This document shows positions 44,347 through 52,847 of a DNA stretch of 64,000 nt, piece by piece (within the stretch, counting starts at the first letter, position 1; the number at the start of each line of letters is the position of its first letter). The notes below the pieces were generated by a model. The model was not told the DNA's origin and did not search any database. It was given only the letters and a program-made list of their open reading frames with translations. Source of the stretch: Dehalococcoidia bacterium. Lineage in GTDB: Bacteria > Chloroflexota > Dehalococcoidia > Bin125. Location of the stretch: contig OZ251529.1 of the NCBI GenBank assembly GCA_965243125.1, positions 1,683,729 to 1,747,728 of the forward strand, read 5' to 3'. Position numbers and translations under genes: made by a program.

Positions 44347-46770
44347 ATGACGCAGCCCTTCGAGTCCCTCCGCATCGTTGAGATCGCCGGCTCGCATGCG
44401 GGCGCGTTCGCCGCCAAGATGTTCGCCGACAATGGGGCGCGGGTCGTGAAAGTCGAGCCGCCCGGCGGCGATCCGCTGCGCGGCGACGGCGCGATCCTGC
44501 CCCGCCACGCGCTCGGCGACGACCAGATCGGCTCGATCTGGGCGTTCTGCAACACCGGCAAGCAGCTCGCGGAGCTGGACGACGGCGCGGCGCTGGAGCG
44601 CCTGCTTGATGCGGCCGACGTGATCATCGAGAGCAGCGCGCCCGATCCGCTCACGCCGATCAGCGCCGGGCGCTCGGACGAGCGGGCGATCAAGCTCTAC
44701 ATCTCGCCGCTCGGCCTGGCGGGACCGCTGGCCGACTGGCGCTCCAACGTCTTCACCGACGACGCGCTGGGCGGTCATCTCTATCTGAACGGCGAGCCGG
44801 AGCGCGAGCCGTTCCGCCGCCACGGGCGACACACCGAGTATGCCGCCGCGATGCACGGCTTCATCGGCGCGATGGCCGCGCTGCTCGCGCGCGAGCGAAT
44901 CGGGCGCGGCCAGACCGTTGAGATCGCCCACCTCGAGTGCATGGCGGCGATGCATCAGCACACGACCACGATGTGGACGCACGCCGGCCATGTGCTGCGC
45001 CGCGAGGGCAACACCCAGCCGGGCATGTGGCATCCGGCCGGCGTCTACGAGTGCCGGGACGGCTACGTCTTCCTCTGCCACGCGGGCGGCGCGAAGCTGA
45101 TCCCGTTCGTGCAGGCGGCGGGGCTGGGGCAGCTGTTCGACGATCCGCGCTTCGCCGACGATGTGTCGCGCGGCGCGCACAAGGCGGAGTTCGACGCGGC
45201 GCTGCGCCCCTGGCTGATGTCGCACACGGTGGAGGAAATCTGCGAGTTGGGCGAGGCGACCTTCTCGCCGCTGGGGCCGGTCTGGGACACGCACCAGTTC
45301 CTCGCCGATCCGCATCTGGCAGAGCGCGAGTTCTTCCTGCCGCTCGACGCCGAGCGAGGGGAGTTCGTCATTCCGCGCGGTCCGTTCCGCATCTTCGGCA
45401 GCGAGCCGACACCGCGCCCGCCCACGCGCCTGACTGAGGCGGAGCTTGAGGCGTTCACCGCCGATCCGCCCTGGCAGCCGCCGGCCCAGGTTGAGGAGCT
45501 GCCGGACGGACCGCTGAGCGGCGTGCGGGTGCTGGATCTGACGCGCGTCTGGGCCGGGCCGATCGCCGGCCGCCTGCTGGGCGACCTCGGCGCGGACGTG
45601 ATCCACATCGAATCGCCCTGGAATCGCGGGCCGAAAGATGCGCCGCCCGGACTGGCCGAGATCACCCATCTCTTCCCCGACAACGAGCTGGGCGAGCGGC
45701 ACTGGAACCGCAACGGCGGCTTCAACAAGCTGGCGCGCAACAAGCGCAGCGTCTCGCTCAATCTCGGCGGCGCGGACGGACTCGCCCTGTTTCGCCGCCT
45801 GATCGCGGCGTCCGATGTGATTCTGGAGAACTACAGCCCGCGCGTGATGCCGCAGTGGGGGCTGGATTTCGATTCGCTGCTGGCGCTCAACTCGTCGATC
45901 GTCCACACCTCGATGCCCGGTTACGGCGCGCAGGGCCCGGGCGCGAACCGCGTCGCGCTGGGGCCGGTGATCGAGGCGGCGACGGGGATGACGATGATGT
46001 CGGGTTACGCCGACACCGGCCCCTACCGCTCCGGCGTGGCCTGGCCGGATCCGGTCTCGGGGCTGAGCGCCGTGGCGGGCACGCTAACCGCGCTCTGGCG
46101 CCGCGCCGCCGCCGAGGGGCGCGGGCAGCGCGTCGAAACGGCGATGATCGAGTCGATGGGCACCTTCGCCGGCGACGAGCTGCTCTCAGCCCAGGTCAAC
46201 GGCGGACCGCCGCCGCGGCGCGGCAACCGCGAGCCCGGCGTCGCCCCGCAGGGCGTCTACCGCTGCGCCGGCGCGGACCGCTGGCTCGCGATTTCGATCA
46301 CCAGCGACGACGAATGGCGCGCGTTGTGCGAGGTCGGGGGCCTGGATGCGGGCTGGCAAGGGATGGCGTCGGTCGAGCGCGAATCCCGCCACGACGAGAT
46401 CGACGCCGCGATTTCGGGCTGGACGCGCAGCGAGACACCCTGGCGCGCCGCGCGGCGCTTGCAGTCGGCCGGCGTGATCGCGGGCGTGGCCTGCGACGCG
46501 CGCGATCTGCTGGAGAACGAACATCTCGCGCAGCGCGAGTTCTGGGCGCTGCTCGGCCAGGCCGATGCGGGCAGGCTGCGCTACCCCGGCTGCCCCGTCC
46601 GCCTCAGCCGCACTCCTGCGAGCTATCGCCTCGCCCCTCCCCTGCTCGGTGAACATAACAACGAGGTGCTCATCGGCGTAGCCTCCCTGAGCGCGGATGA
46701 GCTGGCGGCGCTGCGCGCCGCCGATGCGATCTGGGACGAGCCGCCGAGTCTGGATACGCCGCGGATCTGA
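44347..46770 (+). CDS. tandem didomain family III CoA-transferase (CaiB/BaiF-CaiB/BaiF fusion, 807 aa)
   Basis: Two complete CaiB/BaiF domains are present, with N-termini LRIVEIAGSHAGAFAAKMFADNGARVVKVEPPGGDP and LSGVRVLDLTRVWAGPIAGRLLGDLGADVIHIESP, joined by a Pro-rich linker. Confidence 0.8.
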   Translation: MTQPFESLRIVEIAGSHAGAFAAKMFADNGARVVKVEPPGGDPLRGDGAILPRHALGDDQIGSIWAFCNTGKQLAELDDGAALERLLDAADVIIESSAPDPLTPISAGRSDERAIKLYISPLGLAGPLADWRSNVFTDDALGGHLYLNGEPEREPFRRHGRHTEYAAAMHGFIGAMAALLARERIGRGQTVEIAHLECMAAMHQHTTTMWTHAGHVLRREGNTQPGMWHPAGVYECRDGYVFLCHAGGAKLIPFVQAAGLGQLFDDPRFADDVSRGAHKAEFDAALRPWLMSHTVEEICELGEATFSPLGPVWDTHQFLADPHLAEREFFLPLDAERGEFVIPRGPFRIFGSEPTPRPPTRLTEAELEAFTADPPWQPPAQVEELPDGPLSGVRVLDLTRVWAGPIAGRLLGDLGADVIHIESPWNRGPKDAPPGLAEITHLFPDNELGERHWNRNGGFNKLARNKRSVSLNLGGADGLALFRRLIAASDVILENYSPRVMPQWGLDFDSLLALNSSIVHTSMPGYGAQGPGANRVALGPVIEAATGMTMMSGYADTGPYRSGVAWPDPVSGLSAVAGTLTALWRRAAAEGRGQRVETAMIESMGTFAGDELLSAQVNGGPPPRRGNREPGVAPQGVYRCAGADRWLAISITSDDEWRALCEVGGLDAGWQGMASVERESRHDEIDAAISGWTRSETPWRAARRLQSAGVIAGVACDARDLLENEHLAQREFWALLGQADAGRLRYPGCPVRLSRTPASYRLAPPLLGEHNNEVLIGVASLSADELAALRAADAIWDEPPSLDTPRI

Positions 46771-46842
46771 TGCGGCGATCACCGACCTGTGAGACGCCTG
46801 GACGGACCGCACTCGGGAGGTCGCCACTGTGCTGCTGCTTGG

Positions 46843-47346
46843 CTAGAGCACATCTTTCAGGTCGCGTGTTGTATACACAACAACACCACCCCAGATCGCG
46901 TACGTACTAGCCGCACCACCATCGGCATCACGCGCAAGCCAGAACTTGTTTTTGCTCCGCAGATGGTCGGCAACGAACGCAGTAGCAGTTGAGAGTGAGA
47001 GCGGCCAAAGTGGAGGGCTGTCGAACCCCCAGATCGGCAGTGGGAACAGGACCAATGCCGCGACCGCCGAAAACTCCAGCACGAGTGCGCCGCGATAAAC
47101 CAGCTTCCGCAGCCTCAGGGTTTGCCAGACGAACTCCCGCTGAGCGCTACCGACCTGCTCGTCCGTTGCTCCTTCGCAGTGTTCGCGGCGGTACTCCGTC
47201 CACCAATCGTCGAGACTTTTGTCGAAATTCCCGACGATCAGTCGTCGAAACGTTGTGAGCGCCCAACGGAATGACCACACGCGATCTGCGTACACGTGGA
47301 GGTTGCGCTCCTCAAACTCTTCGCGGCTGATGATGGTAGGTTCCAT
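46843..47346 (-). CDS. hypothetical membrane protein in a lower-GC islet
   Basis: Hydrophobic helices are present. GC content is visibly lower than in the flanking DNA. Confidence 0.4.
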   Translation of the reverse strand: MEPTIISREEFEERNLHVYADRVWSFRWALTTFRRLIVGNFDKSLDDWWTEYRREHCEGATDEQVGSAQREFVWQTLRLRKLVYRGALVLEFSAVAALVLFPLPIWGFDSPPLWPLSLSTATAFVADHLRSKNKFWLARDADGGAASTYAIWGGVVVYTTRDLKDVL

Positions 47347-47371
47347 CGTTCTGTTCTTTCCCCGGTCCGTC

Positions 47372-48205
47372 TCACAGCCCGCCCTCGCCCGTGGTGCTGG
47401 GCTGGCTGCCACAGGCGTCGAGATGGCGCGAGACGGGTGTGTCGGTGATGCCGGTCAGATCGAAGAAAGCCAACACAGAGGTGTCGTCGTACCGGGGGAG
47501 CAATACGCTGAGCCACCGATTCTGCTTCGCCAACTCCCAAATACGCGGGTCGGTGAAGAAGACATGGTTGGCGTTGCCGTCAACCTGGATCGACGATTCG
47601 TCGAGCCACACGCCGTCCGCCGGTGTTCCGAACCTGGCCGAAGCTCTGGCCGCAGAGCGGCTGGACACGCTCATCTCGTGCCATTCGCTGCCGATGAATG
47701 TTCCAGCATTCACGGCGAGGTAGACGAATGGCTCAGCGTTGTCGTGCCTACAGATAAACAACGCCCCTCCCCTATCATACGTCGAGTGCTGGGCGCCACC
47801 CCAGCGCGTCAGACTTGTGAAACGCCCGGATGGTGTATCGGGGTCGGAGATCCAGCACCACTCAACGGCGTCGTCGCAATCCGCTGGGATTGTCGCCAGC
47901 GTGTCTGCGGCGGCATCACTTTGCATCGTCGACTCGGCTTCCTCCGCCACCTGCACCATCAGCGGCGTCGAGTTCAGCCACCGTCCAACCTGCGCATCGG
48001 TGGGGAAGTAGCGCGAACGCGGCAGGATGCGCTCGCCCCACTCGCCGTCTACGCGCTGCTGGAGCGCAAACTCCACGCGCCCGTCCTCGAGCTGCCGCGC
48101 CGTGATGCGTACCTCTGTCGAATGGCTGGCGGCGTACACTGCCCCTGCTGCAAGCGCCGCCAGCGCCAGCGTCGCAACGACCCAGCCCGCCCATTTCGTC
48201 GTCAT
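47372..48205 (-). CDS. secreted hypothetical protein with one copy of the novel RIxAxxLxDGRxEF module
   Basis: A signal peptide MTTKWAGWVVATLALAALAAGAVYA is followed by the module RITARQLEDGRVEFALQ...ERILPRSRYFP...RWLNST. Confidence 0.6.
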   Translation of the reverse strand: MTTKWAGWVVATLALAALAAGAVYAASHSTEVRITARQLEDGRVEFALQQRVDGEWGERILPRSRYFPTDAQVGRWLNSTPLMVQVAEEAESTMQSDAAADTLATIPADCDDAVEWCWISDPDTPSGRFTSLTRWGGAQHSTYDRGGALFICRHDNAEPFVYLAVNAGTFIGSEWHEMSVSSRSAARASARFGTPADGVWLDESSIQVDGNANHVFFTDPRIWELAKQNRWLSVLLPRYDDTSVLAFFDLTGITDTPVSRHLDACGSQPSTTGEGGL

Positions 48206-48258
48206 CAGTCCGTCCCTTCATCGGCGACGGCGCGCTGGCCGCCCGTGCTGTGCGCGGA

Positions 48259-49269
48259 CTAGTATCGCCCACAGTAGTCGAGGTTCGGCTGCACTGGTGT
48301 GTTCCACATCGCACGCAACCCGGTGAATGTCGCCGTCAGTGTGCGCGAGTAGAATGACATTCGCACGACGAGCTTGTCGGCTCCGGCGACGGCTCGCTCA
48401 AAATCGGCGCTGGTGAATACAGCGTCGCCGTCGCGGGATGCCCACCAGCTTTCTGCGACGACCTCGCCGTTATCGATGCGGTACCGCACGGAGACAGGAT
48501 CGCCGCCATCGTAAGGCAGGCCGTCCTCCCAGAATTGAACGCCGTACTCACCGCTTGGGAAGCAGGCCGCTTGGAGACGGATCGTGTCGTACAGATCGTC
48601 ATCAGTTTTGGCGCGCGCTACAACCCCCGTGAACAGCGTGTCGTCGAGCGGATCGTCCTCAGTGCCGTAGTAGAGCGTTGGTTCGAGGCCGTTCCATGTG
48701 TAGCCGTCCAAGTTTCCGCTGCGCAGGACGACTTCACCTGTCCGCACTGGTACATTTGCGGGAACAGGGTCCCTGACGTTGTTCAGGTTGATTTCGGAAG
48801 AGCGCAGCCAGCGTCCCACCGCTGTGTTGGCGGGGAAGAAGCGCGAGTCGGGCAGGTAGGGCGCGGTTTGCCCATTTGCTTGCAGGCCGAACTCGATGAT
48901 GGCCGCATCGAGACGACGGGCGACGATGCGCACCACAAACTCGGTTCCGTCTCCCGATGTGAGGGTCTGCCACGACGCGCGATGCCAGCCATTGTGCGCT
49001 GGCTCAGCTGGGAAGAAGCGTTTCGCAGGCAAGATTCGGCTGCCGCTCCAGTTCAGTTCGAGCTGCGCTGCCTGCCACTGCGCTGTTGCTTGCAACAGCG
49101 CAAACTCGATGCGCCCGTCGTCGATGCGTTGCGCCACGATGCGCACGCGGTTGGTGTTGCGATCGTGCTCGTCAGCTCCCGCGTTGCCCATCCCGGTGAT
49201 GCTGGCGATGAGCGCCAGTGCTCCTGCGAACGCGAACAGTGCGCTCCGTCCGGTGGTCAGGTGCCGCAT
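48259..49269 (-). CDS. secreted hypothetical protein with two copies of the novel module
   Basis: It has a signal peptide. Start was moved to MRHLTT because the longer listed ORF overlaps tRNA-Pro. Confidence 0.6.
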   Translation of the reverse strand: MRHLTTGRSALFAFAGALALIASITGMGNAGADEHDRNTNRVRIVAQRIDDGRIEFALLQATAQWQAAQLELNWSGSRILPAKRFFPAEPAHNGWHRASWQTLTSGDGTEFVVRIVARRLDAAIIEFGLQANGQTAPYLPDSRFFPANTAVGRWLRSSEINLNNVRDPVPANVPVRTGEVVLRSGNLDGYTWNGLEPTLYYGTEDDPLDDTLFTGVVARAKTDDDLYDTIRLQAACFPSGEYGVQFWEDGLPYDGGDPVSVRYRIDNGEVVAESWWASRDGDAVFTSADFERAVAGADKLVVRMSFYSRTLTATFTGLRAMWNTPVQPNLDYCGRY

Positions 49270-49293
49270 GACGCTGCCTTTCACTGATGCTGC

Positions 49294-49370
49294 TGGTCGG
49301 GGTGGGCGGATTCGAACCGCCGGCCTCGCGGCCCCAAACCGCGCGCTCTGCCAGGCTGAGCTACACCCCG
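49294..49370 (-). tRNA. tRNA-Pro, anticodon TGG
   Basis: It is 77 nt with the 7-bp acceptor stem CGGGGTG/CACCCCG, discriminator A, a CCA end, the anticodon loop uuTGGgg with G37, and a GGTTCGAATCC T-loop. Confidence 0.85.
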
Positions 49371-49389
49371 CTCGCATTCACGCTACACG

Positions 49390-50340
49390 TCAATCGACGC
49401 GCAATTGACCGACAATCTCCGACAACTCCCGCACGCCCTCCTGCGCGCACCACTCCTCGATTTCGTCGACCACCCGCACTGCGGCCCAGGGGTCGCGGAA
49501 GAGCGCGGTGCCGACCTGCACGGCGCTGGCACCGGCCAACAGGAATTCGAGCGCGTCACGCCCGCACATAATGCCGCCGCAGCCGATCACGGGGATGGTC
49601 ACTGCGCGCGCCGTCTCCCAGGTGAGCCGCAGCGCCAGCGGCTTGATCGCCGGGCCGGTCAGTCCGGCCACCGCGCGGTTGGTGCGCGGGCGGCGCTTCT
49701 GCACATCGATCGCCATCCCCACGAACGAGTTGGCGACGCAGAGCGCGTCCGCGCCGGCCTGCTCCACGGCGCAGGCGATGGCCGCGATATCGGTCACGCC
49801 AGGCGTGAGCTTGACGATCACGGGCAGGCTGGTGGAGGCGCGCACGGCCTCGGTCACCGCCGCCGCCGCGCGGGGGTCGCGCCCGAACTCGATGCCGCCC
49901 ACGTCGAGGTTGGGGCAGGAGATGTTGACCTCCAGCCCGGCCACGCCCGCCGCGCCGTCGAGCGCCTCCGCCAGCCGCGCGAACTCGCCCACCGTGTCGC
50001 CGAGCATGTTGACCACGACCGGCGTGTCCCAGGTCTCCCAGACGGGCGCGACATCATGCAGCAGCCGCGCGACGCCGATGTTCTGGAAGCCGATGCTGTT
50101 GAGCATCCCCGCCGGCGTCTCGACGATGCGCGGGTTGGGGTTGCCGCGGCGCGGCTTGAGCGTGACGCCCTTGGAGACGATCCCGCCCAGCCGCGCGTAA
50201 TCGAGCACCCGCGCGAACTCCAGCCCGTTGGAGAACGTGCCGGAGGCGGTCATCACCGGGTTACGCAGGATCAGCTCGCGCTTCGCCCGCGGCGCAAGGT
50301 TGACGGAGAGGTCGGCGGTCGGGGATTGCTCTGCGGCCAT
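49390..50340 (-). CDS. pyrD: dihydroorotate dehydrogenase catalytic subunit (class 1)
   Basis: The motifs NPVMTASGT, GGIVSKGVT and NSIGFQN are present in a TIM-barrel with FMN-binding C-terminal GGI. Confidence 0.85.
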   Translation of the reverse strand: MAAEQSPTADLSVNLAPRAKRELILRNPVMTASGTFSNGLEFARVLDYARLGGIVSKGVTLKPRRGNPNPRIVETPAGMLNSIGFQNIGVARLLHDVAPVWETWDTPVVVNMLGDTVGEFARLAEALDGAAGVAGLEVNISCPNLDVGGIEFGRDPRAAAAVTEAVRASTSLPVIVKLTPGVTDIAAIACAVEQAGADALCVANSFVGMAIDVQKRRPRTNRAVAGLTGPAIKPLALRLTWETARAVTIPVIGCGGIMCGRDALEFLLAGASAVQVGTALFRDPWAAVRVVDEIEEWCAQEGVRELSEIVGQLRVD

Positions 50341-50377
50341 GTGAATTCGCAAACCGCAGTCTACCGCGCTCGCCTTT

Positions 50378-50464
50378 CCGTCATACCCGTGCTTGCCGCG
50401 GGTATCTCGCCGAGCCGTGCGCAGACCTCGGCGAGATTGCCGCGACAGGGCGCGGCAATGACGG
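50378..50464. repeat. about 87-bp MITE-like composite of two head-to-head CGTCAT-hairpin elements
   Basis: The halves are ccgtcatacccgtg..cgcgggtatctcgccgag and cggcgagattgccgcg..cgcggcaatgacgg. Architecture matches 4430-4528 with the stem variants swapped. Confidence 0.55.
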
Positions 50465-50558
50465 AATCGGAGGATGACGCATAGGTCTACGTAGGAGGAG
50501 GAACCGCGCAGTGGTGGAAGGGGGCAGTTAACCAACGACATCGTGCCGCCTGGCGAGC

Positions 50559-51020
50559 CTAGTCTCTGAAGTGGTGGAAGTTCTGAGCTGCTCCCTCAGC
50601 GACTTGCAAGGCCGCCAGATACAGGTCCAGATCCACCGTCAACAACGGCCGGTCAGCCGAAATCGTCTCCAACAGTGCTGCGTCGGTCAGTCCGAGGCGG
50701 AGGAAGTGGTCGTTTTGCGAGGCCTGAGCGCTGACGACGACGACCTCCTCGCTGTGCTCGATCAGATCGGCCAGCTTCTCGACGAGCGCGGTGCGTTCCG
50801 GCTCGCCGTGCTGGCGCAGCAAGCTTGACGCCTCGGTGAGCGTGTTGGGCGTCACGTACACGCGCCCGCCGCCCAGCTCAATGACTTCTCTGAGGAGATC
50901 GAAGTCATCCGACGAGTACCCGTCGAGTCGTTTGTGCTTGGTGATGATCCTCTGATCAGTCGCACCGACGACGAGCAGGACAAGCAGGCAGGCGTCGACG
51001 AAGAAGCCTTCTTGCGGCAT
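50559..51020 (-). CDS. PIN-like domain protein (putative toxin/nuclease)
   Basis: Acidic residues sit at PIN-like positions (FVDAC..., E..., D..., TVDLD). GC content is lower. Confidence 0.4.
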   Translation of the reverse strand: MPQEGFFVDACLLVLLVVGATDQRIITKHKRLDGYSSDDFDLLREVIELGGGRVYVTPNTLTEASSLLRQHGEPERTALVEKLADLIEHSEEVVVVSAQASQNDHFLRLGLTDAALLETISADRPLLTVDLDLYLAALQVAEGAAQNFHHFRD

Positions 51021-51024
51021 CGGC

Positions 51025-51309
51025 TCAGGCAGGGGTGGAGAGCAGCCGATCGGCGATCGCGCTCACTTGACCGCTGCCGTCCTTGATTCGAACGACCTTA
51101 AACGAGCGGTTGCGGTACAACTGAGAGGTGAGCGCGGATGCAAGCGGGTTGTTGGCGTCCCAGGCGCGATTGAAGCCGATCGTCACTCGCCACTCGGCAT
51201 TCACGGAATCGAACTCGACCTCCTCAAGCCCGACGCGGGTGATCTGTTCGTCTTCGAAAATGTCGGCGATGTGGGACTTGGCGGTGCGGACCGCTTCCTT
51301 GACGTCCAT
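51025..51309 (-). CDS. small hypothetical protein (94 aa) upstream partner of the PIN-like gene
   Basis: It lies 4 bp upstream on the same strand. GC content is lower. Confidence 0.4.
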   Translation of the reverse strand: MDVKEAVRTAKSHIADIFEDEQITRVGLEEVEFDSVNAEWRVTIGFNRAWDANNPLASALTSQLYRNRSFKVVRIKDGSGQVSAIADRLLSTPA

Positions 51310-51370
51310 TGACCGCCCCTCTCGTTCCGGGCTCCATCATACCGCGTAGGTTTACGCCGGGTGGTTGCGG

Positions 51371-52825
51371 CTAGACGAACGCCTTTGGGCCGAATTTGGC
51401 GATTGTCTGCTGCGCGTGGGGGCCGCCCGCCTCGCCGCAGCCGTGGCTGGCCGGGAAGATCTTGCAGGGGTTGAAATTCTCCGTCGCGCCGAACGCGCCG
51501 CGCAGACCCTGCATCGCGGCCATGTCGTCCTCCGTGAAAATCCACGGCAGGTAGTCGCGCTTTTCGTAGCCCACTCCGTGCTCGCCGGTGATCGCGCCGC
51601 CGGCGTCGACGCAGACGCGCATGATCTCGCCGCCCGCTTCGAGCACGCGCTCCGTCGCGCCCGGCTCGCGCTCGTCGAACAGCAGGCAGGGGTGCAGATT
51701 GCCGTCGCCGGCGTGGAACATGTTGGCGACGGGCAGCCCGTAGCGGTCGGCGATTTCGTAGACCGCGTCGAGTACATCGGGCAGTTTGGTGCGCGGCACG
51801 ACGCCGTCGAGCAGGTAGTAGTTGGGCATAATCTGGCCCAGCGCGCCGATTGCCCCCTTGCGCCCGGCCCAGAGACGCTCGCGCTCCTCCGGATCGGTCG
51901 CGGAGCGAATCTCGCGCGGCTCGAAGCGGCGCAGAATCGACTCCACGATCCCGCCCTCGGCGGCGACCTGCGACTCCGGTCCGTCCACCTCGACCAGCAG
52001 CACCGCCTCTGCGTCCAGCGGGAAGCCGGTGTGCAGGACGGGCTCAACCGCGGCGATCGTCGTCTTGTCGATCATTTCCAGCGCCGCGGGGACGACGCCC
52101 GATGCGACCACGGCGCCGACCGCGTTGCTGGCTTCGCGCACGGAGTCGTAGATCGCCAGCAGCGTGCGCACCGAGGTCGGCGCGGGCACCAGCCGTACCA
52201 GCGCTTCGGTGACGATGCCGACCGTGCCCTCGCTGCCCACCACGCAGCCGACCAGGTCGTAGCCCGGCTGGTCGCGCGTCGCGTGGCCGATCCGCTGCAC
52301 CTCGCCGTCGGGCGTGACCAGCACCAGTTCCAGCACATGGTTGGTCGTTGTGCCCCAGGCCAGCGTGTGCGGGCCGCCCGCGTTCTCGGCGACGTTGCCG
52401 CCGATCGTGCAGGCGCGCTGGCTGCTGGGATCGGGCGCGTAGGCCAGCCCGTAGGGCGCGGCCGCCGCGCCGAGATCGAGGTTGACCACGCCCGGCTGGA
52501 CGCGCGCGGTCTGGTTCTCCGCGTCGATCGTCAAGATGCGGCGCATGCGGTTCATCCCGAAGACGACGCCGCCCTGGGTGGCGAGCGCGCCGCCGCTCAG
52601 TCCGGTGCCCGCGCCGCGCGGCGTGATCGGCACGCCGTGCCGGTTGCAGATGCGCATCAGCGCGACGACGTCCTCGGTTGAGGCGGGCAGCGCGATCGCT
52701 TCCGGCTTCCCACGGTCGATCGTCGCGTCGTATTCGTAAACCAGCAGATCTTCGGGCTGCCAGGCGACCGCCTCCTCGCCGATGGCTTCGATCAGTTCCC
52801 GCACCAGCGGCGACGGCTGCGTCAT
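51371..52825 (-). CDS. FAD-linked oxidase (GlcD / D-lactate dehydrogenase family)
   Basis: An FAD-binding PCMH domain carries TPRGAGTGLSGGA. The C-terminal domain is the FAD-linked oxidase type. Confidence 0.85.
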   Translation of the reverse strand: MTQPSPLVRELIEAIGEEAVAWQPEDLLVYEYDATIDRGKPEAIALPASTEDVVALMRICNRHGVPITPRGAGTGLSGGALATQGGVVFGMNRMRRILTIDAENQTARVQPGVVNLDLGAAAAPYGLAYAPDPSSQRACTIGGNVAENAGGPHTLAWGTTTNHVLELVLVTPDGEVQRIGHATRDQPGYDLVGCVVGSEGTVGIVTEALVRLVPAPTSVRTLLAIYDSVREASNAVGAVVASGVVPAALEMIDKTTIAAVEPVLHTGFPLDAEAVLLVEVDGPESQVAAEGGIVESILRRFEPREIRSATDPEERERLWAGRKGAIGALGQIMPNYYLLDGVVPRTKLPDVLDAVYEIADRYGLPVANMFHAGDGNLHPCLLFDEREPGATERVLEAGGEIMRVCVDAGGAITGEHGVGYEKRDYLPWIFTEDDMAAMQGLRGAFGATENFNPCKIFPASHGCGEAGGPHAQQTIAKFGPKAFV

Positions 52826-52847
52826 GATGTGCCCCTTCCGCCCGCGA

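Noticed and set aside
44254-45906. N-terminal 550 aa of the listed 715-aa ORF 43759-45906
   Set aside because: It is antisense to the didomain CoA-transferase gene. Only the C-terminal 164 aa starting MAVDHFP show hotdog-fold features.
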